From NCBI GenBank assembly GCA_002811645.1, contig PDIP01000026.1, positions 1-64,000 of the forward strand: DNA of 64,000 nucleotides, in the 5' to 3' direction. The notes under the pieces are model-generated. The model was not told where the DNA came from. It worked only from the letters and a program-made list of their open reading frames with translations, and did not search any database. Position numbers and translations under genes: made by a program. Each line of letters begins with the position of its first letter. Within the stretch, counting starts at the first letter, position 1. Positions 32,635-43,642 of this stretch are shown here, piece after piece. Source of the DNA: Corallochytrium limacisporum Hawaii. Lineage: Eukaryota; Protista; Pluriformea.

Positions 32635-33324
32635 TTACTCTGTAGAGGAAGCCTTGCCCTTGGAGGTGTCGCTCTTCGTTTGATCTTCACTGGGCGGAAT
32701 ATAGGTGCCATCAGCGTGCATTCCATCATACTCATTCCACTTGGATGCTTTACCGTAGACTAATTTGACCGGATACTTTTTCTCGTTCAGGAGCATTTTG
32801 TCCAGCACTGCCCTGCTCAGATCGATACCGCAAACATCTGCCAGTCGCGTAAGATAGATGAGAACGTCACTCATTTCCTGGCCCAGATGGGTGCGATCCG
32901 CTTCTGTCCAGTCCGTGCATCCCAGCGGTACTTCTCCACGCCATTGGAAGATCTCTGCCAGTTCACCAACCTCGCCTACAAGAGCGGTGAAAATGTTGCG
33001 CGGAGTGTGAAACTTCTCAAAACCGCGCGTCTTTGCGAAATCGCGGCACTGTTCACGAATGGTCTGCAGGCTAACGTCCCGTTCCCAGATATTATGAAGG
33101 TTATCGTCATCCTGACTGTCTTGAACCTTTTTCCGCCGCTTGAATAGGGGCTCTGCTGCTATTTTCTTGCTCCGCTGGTGCAAAGGTGTCTCAGTCTGCG
33201 GCTCTGGCGTCTCACTCACACTGCCTCGCGACGACACCGCAGTATCGGGCGTCGCAGTGGAGGCTGTGGGAGAGCATTCGTGAATCTCTTCGCTCTCGGA
33301 GGACCTGCGCTTTACCGAACGCAT
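32635..33324 (-). CDS. DCTPP1: dCTP pyrophosphatase 1 (MazG-like)
   Basis: FHTPRNIFTALVGEVGELAEIFQWRGEV, EMSDVLIYLTRLADVCGIDL, KYPV. Confidence 0.93.
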   Translation of the reverse strand: MRSVKRRSSESEEIHECSPTASTATPDTAVSSRGSVSETPEPQTETPLHQRSKKIAAEPLFKRRKKVQDSQDDDNLHNIWERDVSLQTIREQCRDFAKTRGFEKFHTPRNIFTALVGEVGELAEIFQWRGEVPLGCTDWTEADRTHLGQEMSDVLIYLTRLADVCGIDLSRAVLDKMLLNEKKYPVKLVYGKASKWNEYDGMHADGTYIPPSEDQTKSDTSKGKASSTE

Positions 33325-33887
33325 GATGTGGACTTGGACTGTATATGCGCGTGGTAACTGGCAGGTGCGGATTTCACTGCAGCAATGGTGATCATGTCAT
33401 ACCTATAGTACCCGAACATGATTCCTGAGGGGCAAAAAAAAACCTTTGGCCATGATGGACCACATCGAACCCGTATTTTTCTTTCGGTTTGAAAGCACTG
33501 TCGTACAGCAGTGCCCGGTTCTTCCCGGCAAAGACCCGTGTTTTCGGGTCGTAAAGGTTTTAGGTTCCCTACCCGCGCCTCTCTCTCCGGAGTTCTCCTC
33601 AGTCAAAGTTTTCGCGCCTCAGTCTGCTCCACTTGGAGTAGGGATCCTGGGACCGGGGCAGGGAACCCCTTCCCCCCCCAACACCCCCGGCCGGGGCCTT
33701 TTCCGGGGGGACCACGGGGGAAGGGAAGCGGGTGGAACGGAATGACGGGCGAGATGATGATACCGGATGCCTCCGTCTCTGGACTTCAGCTCCTTATGGG
33801 TGCATCGCCAATTTCTAGGTCATGCGTCCCCGTCATTAAGATGTATGATGTTTTTGCTGGTTCTTTATGTACAAATTACAATTAGTT

Positions 33888-34862
33888 TTAGTCCGTTTTC
33901 AACCGTTTGTTGGTATCTTGGTCGACAGACCGTTCGACCGTACAGTCCACATTCTCCGCCTTGCGGGCCTTTCCGGCACCCTGTACAGCAGCAGCCAAAT
34001 CGTACAGATCAGTGACGACATTAGGACGTTTGGCCAGCTCATCATCCGCGATGATGCCATTGCCCTTGCGGATGGACACCACGACCTGCATGCCCGCCTC
34101 TTCTGCAGCTAGAACCTCAGCAAGGACGTCGGTTACAAACACAGCCGTTCGTGGCTGCTCCTCTAACCCAAGGTCCTTTAGAATCTTTGTGTAGCTTTGT
34201 GCCTCCTTTTTCATACCCACACCCGTGTCGTAATGTCCTTTGATCATGGGCAGCAGATCACCGTACTGGGAGTAGCCATAGAGGAGCTTTTGGGCCTTCA
34301 CGCTACCACTTGAGTATATGTAGATGGGTACCTCGGCCTTATGTAGATCCTGCAGACACTGATACGAATCTTCATAGAGGTGCCCTTTCAGACTGCCGTC
34401 TTCGTAGCCATCCTTCCACATGTGACCCTGCAGGGTCTTCAGGGGACCCACTTTTCGATCCGCATCCATTAACCATAGTACGTAGGCTTTCACGGACTTC
34501 TGGTCAGGATCTTCCGCAGATAGAGCCGGAACTGAATCAAAATCCTTTGCTTCTGCTTCTCGAAGCTTGGCAAGGTCCTGCACAATCTTTTTCATGTCAT
34601 CTGACTCCCAGTTGTCCTTTAGGTACTGCTCCAGCCGTTCACGAACGTAGGGAAAGAGCCCGTCGTGCACAAAGCTGATGGACGTCGTGGTGCCCTCAAT
34701 ATCAAAGATAACTGCTTTGATAGAAACAGACTTATCTAAATCCAACCTATTTTTATATTTTCCGAGGTCAGTGACTAGCCCCTTAGCCTCCTTGGCACCG
34801 ATAAATCCAATTTTGGTGTCCTTACCGTCCTCCTCTGGCTTCTGGATCTCCTGCACCACCAT
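33888..34862 (-). CDS. ENOPH1: Enolase-phosphatase E1 (methionine salvage, HAD family)
   Basis: DIEGTTTSISFVHDGLFPY, DRKVGPLKTLQGHMW, IYSSGSVKAQKLL. Confidence 0.95.
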   Translation of the reverse strand: MVVQEIQKPEEDGKDTKIGFIGAKEAKGLVTDLGKYKNRLDLDKSVSIKAVIFDIEGTTTSISFVHDGLFPYVRERLEQYLKDNWESDDMKKIVQDLAKLREAEAKDFDSVPALSAEDPDQKSVKAYVLWLMDADRKVGPLKTLQGHMWKDGYEDGSLKGHLYEDSYQCLQDLHKAEVPIYIYSSGSVKAQKLLYGYSQYGDLLPMIKGHYDTGVGMKKEAQSYTKILKDLGLEEQPRTAVFVTDVLAEVLAAEEAGMQVVVSIRKGNGIIADDELAKRPNVVTDLYDLAAAVQGAGKARKAENVDCTVERSVDQDTNKRLKTD

Positions 34863-35596
34863 TTTGCCCTGTATTTCTCGTGGAGCATCCGCTGTGCCTG
34901 CCTATTAACCATATTTCAATCAGAAAAATTGCAGTGTGTCCAAAACGTAAGATGTACCTCTCGTGCATGCAGCTCTCGAGGTCCATAAACATACGCATCA
35001 TGTTAGCACCACCCGAGGAGTGCAGCAAATGGGGTTGACAGCAAAACACACACAACCCCCCTCCCTCTTCGAGAAAAACACACACACATTTGTGGTTCCA
35101 TATTCTTGTAGAATTTTCGAGGCAAAATTGAAATTTTTTTGTTTAGAAAAATGTGTGAGGTTGGACTCTCCCTCTTTCCATACACTGTGTATGAAGTACA
35201 GGCACATACAAATGGACAATAGTAAAGGAACCAGAGGAGCTCGAAGCGCATAGAAATGTACTGGGCCCCCAGCGACTGCTGCGGCCCACATTCGGGACCC
35301 AGGGAGGCAAACAGTATAGAATCAGTACTGGGCAGGTCCGTCTCGGAGCAGGGTACTCCACTCTACCGCCCATTATGCCATTCTCATTATCACCAGAGAC
35401 ATAACTTTGCAGTTACGTCCTATTCCCATCATGAGTATGAAGTTGTATTGAACATATTCGAATTGCTATTAGCACTACGACGGTCGTATTTCAAGAACGA
35501 CTAGCTATTTGATGATGAATAGTTTACATGTGGAAGTATTCGGTTAAGTATTCGGGTATACTCTGGATCAAATCTTTATTTTACCAAATAGACAAA

Positions 35597-35950
35597 ATGG
35601 TGCGCAACATTAAGGGTGACAAGACCCCTCACATTCGCCTGTACTCCAAGGCTAAGATCATGGGATACCGCCGCAACAAGCACGTGCAGCAGCCCAACCA
35701 GACCATCATTAAGATTGAGGGATGCAAGACCAAGGAGGCCGCTCAGTACTACCTCGGAAAGCGCGTCGCATATCTGTACAACGTGCACACCAAGAAGGCT
35801 ACCCAGAAGTCCATGACCCGCTGCCTGTGGGGCCGCATCATGAAGCCTCACGGTTCCACCGGCTCTGTCATGGTTAAGTTCCGCAAGAACATCAACCCTC
35901 GCTCTTTCGGTGCCTCTTGCCGCGTTATGATGTTCCCCCAGCGTGCTTAA
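35597..35950 (+). CDS. RPL35A: 60S ribosomal protein L35a (eL33)
   Basis: RLYSKA..MGYRR, IKIEG, YLGKRVAYLY, WGRIMKPHGSTG; strong codon bias. ATG at 35597. Confidence 0.95.
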   Translation: MVRNIKGDKTPHIRLYSKAKIMGYRRNKHVQQPNQTIIKIEGCKTKEAAQYYLGKRVAYLYNVHTKKATQKSMTRCLWGRIMKPHGSTGSVMVKFRKNINPRSFGASCRVMMFPQRA

Positions 35951-37792
35951 GTGAAAGCTTTAAAACTTTATCAAATACGGGAAACGGGAGCAACAACATA
36001 ATGTTGACATTCTTCTAAATTAGTTACCATGTAAGGGCTTTATGTGTACTACAACATTACCATGAAGCACAGCATACCACTGTAGAAGCGGATCGTAGAC
36101 AAGTGATCAGATGCATCTCCTTGCTTATTCACGGGTTGTAGCAGTCGCTGAACACATGTGATGAGTAAGGAAAGGTACAAACGTCTTTGTTTGTCTGTTC
36201 CGTGTATATCGTTCTTGCACAAAAACATTAAGTTGCATTATTCATGCAAACAACTTAACAACATTTCGGCATTCAAATATAACATAACATCTTCTTTTGA
36301 CTATATCACACCTTGTTCTTCCCGTACTTTACTGCCTTCTCGGTTTGTTGGCATGTTCTTGACATCCTTTGAACACTCCTCGCTGAACGAACCGTAGGGT
36401 TGGCACAATCCGTTGTGCTCGCAGGCTCACCCATCGTACCAGCTAGAATGACTATGTCTAAAACTGATGCACTATTAACATCATTTTTCGAATTAAATTT
36501 TGGAAGCCGTCTTTGCTCAGGTCTCGCAGTCGTTAACATCAGCATGGTGCGATGGTATTCAAACTCCAAGCTAGACCGAGAGTGTAGACAGTAAATTAAG
36601 ATATAATACATGCGGAGCGAATATTCAAGGCCTCCACCAGGTAGAGCGTGTTGCAACTTCACCATGTCAGTGACCAACAAAGCACGGTATAGAAACAACG
36701 ATCATAGCTAGTGCGTAGAATGGCAAACTGTGACATCATCTAACCCCAAATCTCCGCCGTGGTGCCTCCTTTCTCAGATGTTTCCACCGTGTCAATCGAA
36801 ACATGTGAACTATAGGCAATGCGCCCAGTGCTTTCATGCTCATACTGCATGTCCTTTGGCTGATTCCCCGTGAAGATTACACAGAGCAGTACAATCCACC
36901 ACACCCTTCACACAGCGCCCCACGGGCAGTAGACCCAGTTCCCCTCACCCCAGACTGTGTGCTGCCTGCCCCTTTGGCTGGCATTTTCGACAGCGTGTCC
37001 CATCCCCCAGACGCTATCTTCTTTCCCAAAGGAAACGAGAGTTGTGGTGCCAGTGGGGGGGGAAGGGAGAGGAAGTTGGCTGGCCCGTGGACTTACCCGG
37101 GCCCTGGGTCCCTCCCCGGGCAGGGAAGGGAACGAAGAAAAAAAAGAACCAGGCAAAAAACCCTTCTCGAGCGGGCAGTGAGAAAGGAAAGAGCGAAGGG
37201 GAAAAAAAAAATTAGGGGGGTCGCCGGGAGGGTGGGCCAGCGATCAATAGCCAATGTACCAGCGGAGATCCATCCCTCCGTCATTATCCCCTGTCAGTGG
37301 CTCCAGCAAAAACTCTCCTGGCTGCCTGTTCGGACGTCGCGGGGTGCTGGTGATGATGTCGGCGGATGGGTGGGTTTTACCACCTTTGCAGGTTTGCGCC
37401 TCGGGAAGCGCACCTTGTATCGGGCCGTGCTGTGTCCTATAGAGCGCTGACCAATCTGCGCAAAGGGACACAACCGTTACCTTGCTGGTGAATGGGCTTT
37501 TGGTTGATGTGAGTAGGAAATTCTGTCAGGAGAATTCGCGCATGCAGTCTGGGTGCGAGTGGAGGAAAGGAGGGAAACGAGCGACACGGAGCCCAGTGAC
37601 GGATCCTTCTTCCGTGGTTTGGAACGTGAGGTGGAATCACTCCTTGGGCGCGTTTGCCACCCAGATCATTTGTTTGGTGGGCTATAAAAGATACTAGCCA
37701 GAGATCAATTAATGGATGAGAAGGGTTTACTTGACCAGCTGTGACGGTATTCATTCTTTGATCCTGCAGAACTTCATCATCATCCATCAATC

Positions 37793-39130
37793 ATGGTCAT
37801 CGCAGACGGTCTCAAGGGCATGACCCAGCTACCCCTGAAGAGCCAGCAGGCTCTGAAGAATGACAGTTGTCTTGGTATGGAGATGCCAGACGCAAATGGG
37901 TTCTTCGGTAAGTACGGTGGTAGCTTCATTCCATCTGAACTGGAACCGATAATGAAGAAGCTTACAGAGGAGTATCTCCGCATCCGTGATGATCCCGAGT
38001 TTCTCGAGGAACTCAGTCTGCTACGTCGTACCTATGTTGGACGCCCTAGCCCTGTGTACTACTGCCGCCGCCTCAGGGAGAAAATCGGCGGTGCCCGCAT
38101 TTACCTGAAACGCGAGGATTTGAATCACACAGGCAGCCACAAGATTAACCACACAATCGCAGAAGCTCTGATGGCCAAGAAGATGGGCAAAACAAAGCTT
38201 CTGGCGGAGACGGGCGCAGGACAACATGGTGTGGCCGTGGCTACCGCCGCTGCTTTGGTCGGCCTGGAGTGCGAGCTCCACATGGGTGAAGTGGACATCC
38301 AGAAGGAGTTCCCGAACGTCCAACGCATGCAGATTCTTGGAGCCAAAGTCGTCGCCGCGACTCACGGTGCGAAGGCGCTGAAAGAAGCCGTGGACAGTGC
38401 CTTCAACAAGTTCAAGGACGACCATGAAAATACGTTCTTGGCAGTTGGGTCAACGGTGGCCTACCACCCGTACCCAATGATGGTACGTGACTTCCAGGCA
38501 ATCATTGGTTTCGAAGCGAAGCAGCAATTTGCGGAGATGCGCACAGCGGAGGGGAAGAACGGTGAGAAACTCTTGCCCGATCATCTCGTGGCCTGCATTG
38601 GCGGAGGCTCGAACTCCATTGGACTCTTCACTGCATTTTTGGATGATACGAAAGTGGCAATGCACGGTGTGGAGCCCGCAGGCCGAGATCTGAACACTCC
38701 GGGTGAGCACGCAGCCAGTTTGACCTTGGGAAAGCCCCACGTCCTGCACGGTTACAAGTCCTACTGTCTGCTGAATCCCGACGGGGAGCCTGATGAGGTC
38801 TACTCCATTGCCAGCGGTCTGGATTATCCCAGTGTTGGACCACAGCAAGCTCTGCTGAAGGATCTTAAGCGCGTCCAGTATCACACTGCCACAGACGACG
38901 AAGTGATTGAGGCCTTCTTCGAACTCTCCCGAACGGAGGGCATCATTCCAGCCCTGGAGAGCGCCCACGGTGTCGCCCACGCACTGAAGATGGCCAAGGA
39001 GCTACCTCCGACCGACACCATCCTCGTTAGCCTATCCGGTCGTGGAGACAAAGACCTCAGCCACGTTATTCAGCTCTATGGTGAGAAGTATGGCATTGAC
39101 AAGAGCTACGCGAAACAGCCCGAGTACTAG
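37793..39130 (+). CDS. trpB: Tryptophan synthase beta chain, stand-alone, bacterial type
   Basis: [15 protein letters not shown] (PLP lysine), [41 protein letters not shown]. No fused alpha domain. Confidence 0.95.
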   Translation: MVIADGLKGMTQLPLKSQQALKNDSCLGMEMPDANGFFGKYGGSFIPSELEPIMKKLTEEYLRIRDDPEFLEELSLLRRTYVGRPSPVYYCRRLREKIGGARIYLKREDLNHTGSHKINHTIAEALMAKKMGKTKLLAETGAGQHGVAVATAAALVGLECELHMGEVDIQKEFPNVQRMQILGAKVVAATHGAKALKEAVDSAFNKFKDDHENTFLAVGSTVAYHPYPMMVRDFQAIIGFEAKQQFAEMRTAEGKNGEKLLPDHLVACIGGGSNSIGLFTAFLDDTKVAMHGVEPAGRDLNTPGEHAASLTLGKPHVLHGYKSYCLLNPDGEPDEVYSIASGLDYPSVGPQQALLKDLKRVQYHTATDDEVIEAFFELSRTEGIIPALESAHGVAHALKMAKELPPTDTILVSLSGRGDKDLSHVIQLYGEKYGIDKSYAKQPEY

Positions 39131-39626
39131 GGTAACCACCCGTCCCGGGAGAGGAGGGGCCGGGGGGTTGGATTAGGGCCAGAACGCAGAAACTATTTAA
39201 AAACACCGTATGAATAAAGAATACCATTTTAGCTTTATTTTTGGTATTTTAAAAACTTCGGTATATATAATTGTGGAAAAGCCATATGTCTGGATCCCCA
39301 CCCCGCACCAGTGTTCCGGTGGGGGGAGGGGGAGACCACGGGGGCAATCACCAACGGGTGAGCCCGTTACGGCCGTTCAACGCTTTGGTGCCTCTGCAGC
39401 GCATTGGGTTTAACCGCGCCTCTTTTCAAATGTTGCTTCGTATTTAAAGGCCATCATAGTGTTTTGATATGGGATATATGAAGATGACATCTTTATAAGA
39501 GAATTCCAGTTTTGAGAACTCAACTCAGATTCTGAGAAGCGATATGGGACGGTAAACATTTGCGAAGAGATCCATACTCTTGAAAAAGGTCACATAACCA
39601 CATAACATAGGAAAACTATTATTAGA

Positions 39627-40922
39627 ATGCCTTTAACGGTGGTGCCTTTGCGCACCGTTATTGCATTTGAACGGTCACTGGCAGTGCGTGCAATTACCAC
39701 GGGCGCCAGCCGTCGTACAGTAGAAGCTGCCACAACAGCACGAGAGACTGAGACAGCAAAAGATCGGAGGGTGAACTCTGTCGAGTCGGGCAGAAATAAA
39801 CCTGCTTCGAGCCTAGAATGCCAGAAGTACCCGTTGCTCTTCGGATCAAAGCCCAAGTGCCACTCTGGACCTATTCCCCAGAACTTGAGTGCCGACCGGA
39901 ACGAGCGCGTGTGGCCCGACGGTCTCCGCGAGTATCAACTGGAAGGCAAGTTCATTCCAAGCGTCACCAGTGTGCTCAGCTACTACACCGCAGACAATGA
40001 TCTCCGAGCACTAGCTAACTATCGCCCAGAGCCCATGTGGCAACTCGAGCTACTACCTACTCCTTTCCTGGAGCTGCAGCGCCTGATCGACCTCCGCGTG
40101 TGCCTCAACACAAAGATGGAGAGTCATCTGACTGGTGCACCGAATGTGGATACTTTAGCCTTCAATTCCAACGGTGAGGTAAGTCAGCGGAACCAACATG
40201 TCTTTGAGACTATCGGGGAGCCATTGTGGAAGAAGCTCAAAGAGTTTCTTGACACTCGAGTGAGTGACATAGTCGCGATTAATGATGTCGTGCTAAACAC
40301 TGAGCACCGATATGGCGGCTGTGTGGAATTGGTTGCTCGCATAGATGATCGTCCGCGTTTGTCCCTGTTCCGCTTCCTCATGGTCTATCGCCAGCCCATG
40401 AGTACGAAGTGGGCTGTAAGCACCCAGGAGTACTCTGCACAGAGCGCAGCCTACGTCTCTGCCATCAACCACGACCCACGACTACCCGTAACAGTCGACT
40501 CCGTGGTCAATGTGTGGATGGATGAAACTGTGGCCAATACGACGGTGAAGAAAGTCGCCCGCTTAGAGAAGCCCTTGACCGTGGTAATCCAAGATGATCT
40601 TGAAACCATGGAGCAAAAGCTTCAGGAGTTCATTCCCGAAGTCACACCCTTCACGGATTGGCTGCAGGTCCGTACCCGCGGTGGCAACATTGATTTTGAC
40701 CAGATCTTCCTGCACCCAGCCCAGTGCGCTGTCTATGCCACTAAGCTGCGCCGCTTCCGAAAGACCAAGAAGCCATACCCGGGTCTGACGGACCTGCCAA
40801 AGGAGACAACATATGCTGAGAAGCTGTTCGAGACCGGTGGTACGAGGTACTGGCCTGGTGCAGCACGCATTGGCAAGGGTGCGGACCCTGGTCATGGTCG
40901 TCGTCGCAGAACCCGTCGTTAA
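39627..40922 (+). CDS. MGME1: MGME1-like PD-(D/E)XK-fold protein, probably catalytically inactive, with mitochondrial-presequence-like N-terminus
   Basis: REY...IPSVTSVL, YGGCVELVA, QSAAYVSAINHD (cf. recalled QVVAYMGAMNHD); Arg/Thr/Ala-rich N-terminus. Confidence 0.65.
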   Translation: MPLTVVPLRTVIAFERSLAVRAITTGASRRTVEAATTARETETAKDRRVNSVESGRNKPASSLECQKYPLLFGSKPKCHSGPIPQNLSADRNERVWPDGLREYQLEGKFIPSVTSVLSYYTADNDLRALANYRPEPMWQLELLPTPFLELQRLIDLRVCLNTKMESHLTGAPNVDTLAFNSNGEVSQRNQHVFETIGEPLWKKLKEFLDTRVSDIVAINDVVLNTEHRYGGCVELVARIDDRPRLSLFRFLMVYRQPMSTKWAVSTQEYSAQSAAYVSAINHDPRLPVTVDSVVNVWMDETVANTTVKKVARLEKPLTVVIQDDLETMEQKLQEFIPEVTPFTDWLQVRTRGGNIDFDQIFLHPAQCAVYATKLRRFRKTKKPYPGLTDLPKETTYAEKLFETGGTRYWPGAARIGKGADPGHGRRRRTRR

Positions 40923-41150
40923 AGAGACACGCATAAGTTTCCATTCCACATAGCATCAAATCATGTTACCATACGTATCAGTGTTGTTCACATTAGAAAG
41001 CATAGTATCGAAAGAAGACGAACCCAACGGAACACTTGAACATGACCTAGTCACATTAAAAAGGGTGATGTGTGATGTTGTAATGATGTTCTGTGTGCAG
41101 CTTTGCTTGGCAATAACCCTAAAACTTTCGAAATCCTTGCCAACTCCTTC

Positions 41151-41750
41151 TTAAACATTATTGGCACTGCCAGTGTTCTGGTTGCCACCTCCTCCAAAGA
41201 GTGAACTCGCCATGTTGCCCGCCAGAGCACTGCTCATGAAGCCAGCGGCCATGCTGGTGGCCTGTTGCTTGGCATCCCGACGGCACTTCGTGTAGCCGTA
41301 GACATTGGAGAGATTTAGTGACAGGGCTACCACAACGATGATCAGCCAGCTAACAGAGATGCTGAACAGCGCTGCTAATCCAAGAGCAACCCATGCCACA
41401 GGATAGCCATACAGAGAGGTCCAGAAGGTCCGCGACTCTGCAGGGTTGGGCTTCCACTGATCGTGCCGGGACTCAAACCGCCAGGTTGTCGTGCCGTCCT
41501 CCTGTACCTCATTCCACCACCGCAATCCAACTAAGAGCCGTCCGGACACGTTCTTTACAAACCAGAAGTCCATTGCCAGCAGCAGCGTGACAATAATGAA
41601 ATTGATCACGAAATTATTTAGGACCCATGTGCAGATAATGTACCAAACCAAAGCCACGGTCCGGAATAAAAGGTGGAAGAATACCACATTTTTGTTACTG
41701 CGGCCCTGAAAGGCGTCAAAGCCTTGCATAGGCTGTTGGTCCGGCTCCAT
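41151..41750 (-). CDS. TVP23: Golgi membrane protein TVP23/FAM18
   Basis: FFHLLFR, DFWFVKNVSGRLLVGLRWWN, WRFES, NVYGYTKC. Confidence 0.95.
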   Translation of the reverse strand: MEPDQQPMQGFDAFQGRSNKNVVFFHLLFRTVALVWYIICTWVLNNFVINFIIVTLLLAMDFWFVKNVSGRLLVGLRWWNEVQEDGTTTWRFESRHDQWKPNPAESRTFWTSLYGYPVAWVALGLAALFSISVSWLIIVVVALSLNLSNVYGYTKCRRDAKQQATSMAAGFMSSALAGNMASSLFGGGGNQNTGSANNV

Positions 41751-43642
41751 GGTTATATTCTGTGTTATTTCTGCAAGGTCGTATACTTGCTAGTGTTCTT
41801 TGATCCCTTGGACACTCTTCCGATCTGAATGGAGCCAAATGTTTCACACTCAGTTTCTATGAAAGGGGACCCGTCGGCAACTCCTCTCGACTTCGCTTCC
41901 CACACACGCCAAGTCACTGGCTTGGCTGACTACCTAACGAAACAAATTTCGACCTATTTGATGTCCAAAATAGCATACAATGTGTCATCCTTGTCCATCA
42001 CCTATCAGCTACTAGTAACATCTTCAAAGACGAAAGGGTGAAAAAGAGAAAGCGCTGGAGTTCGTAGAGACCGCCAAACTCTCACTGCACATCACAAAGA
42101 CAAGGCTTTGAAACCGAAAACGCCACAACACCTCCTCAGTCCCGGTGCCGTGGACACCACCACCACCCCACCCCGGGGGGGGACCCGAAACGCCATTTCA
42201 TCCCTCCGCGCCCAGACAGCTCCCGTCCTCCTCGGGCTTGGCGGAGGGTGGCACTTTTCCCGCTTTCCGGTGGCTTTTTTCAGTACTTTCGCTATGGAAA
42301 CGGTTCGTGCTGCTCAACTGCGGCATAGTGGAAGTGCAGAGTGGATATCCGTATATCAATAACCGACCGATCTCGAAGCAACCCCTTGCTGAAAACGACC
42401 AGAGAGGTTTGTCCCATGGGTTGGGCACGTATAAATACATGACAGTACAAAGTATGTTTAGTATGACTTAGTAAATTGCTTACATCACACAATATGAATT
42501 ATACCTATCCCCTAAACATGCATCTCTGCCCCATGGCGGGCCAATCAAGAGTGCGGGTAGCCCGGAAAAATGTTGCCCAGAAAGAAAAAATGGAAAAAGT
42601 AGAAACGAAACGTTTTGGGTCCACGTCCCATTCCGGCCCAACACCCGCTTAACATCCACACATGCCCGCCCGCTTAGGCAGAGCGGAAGGGCGGGCAAAA
42701 GGTGAAACAAAGCAGAAGACACAAAAAAAAAGGGGGGGTTAAAAAATGGAAATAAAATAAAAAAAAAAGAAAAGCGCCTGCCACACTTTTCCCTTGCCTC
42801 GCCTGTCGCGTCCGACCGAGCGAGGGGCTCTTTGTCGTCGCCAGATCTCCTCCCCCCCCCCCGCGGGGCGCCCCCGGGGAGAGGGGCTGGGCAGGAAAGA
42901 GTCTCGCTCTGGGATTCCCGGTCCGCACATTTTTGGGAGGAAGGGGCGAAGGAGGGAGGGANNNNNNNNNNNNNNNNNNNNNNNNNNNNNNNNNNNNNNN
43001 NNNNNNNNNNNNNNNNNNNNNNNNNNNNNNNNNNNNNNNNNNNNNNNNNNNNNNNNNNNNNNNNNNNNNNNNNNNNNNNNNNNNNNNNNNNNNNNNNNNN
43101 NNNNNNNNNNNNNNNNNNNNNNNNNNNNNNNNNNNNNNNNNNNNNNNNNNNNNNNNNNNNNNNNNNGGGGAGGGGGGGGGGGAGGGGGGAAAAAAGTGAC
43201 GCTTGTTTTCGGGCGAAAATCGTTGTCGCTTTTGGGGGGTTCGTGGTTCCTTTTGGTAGCTCGCTGAAAATTTTATCGGGTCCGTGTTTATTTGTTTTCT
43301 TTTCGGGCGTATGGACCACGGGTAGGTCGGATGATTGGGATGGCGCAATCTCAACCGTTAAGGATTGTGTATGAGGGTATTTTCTGGAGATTGGTAAATG
43401 ATGACGGAAACAATGTATTGTGTAATCAGCGGGAACGAAGGATAAACCTGGTGACTCTCAGATTGGATGAGCAGCCGTGATCTGTTGGCAGTTACGCATA
43501 GCCATACAACAGCAGAGAGTGAGAGAGAGACCACTGGACTCTCCCCATGAGAACATCGACCATGTGAACTGCTGAAGTCAAGCAACATGCAATAGTTTCA
43601 TCGCCACTGGCGCAAAACATAGACCCGGAACGAAAGGCAGCA

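Noticed and set aside
42290-42471. YINNRPISKQPLAEND, FHA-like
   Set aside because: Too short and the core FHA residues are absent.
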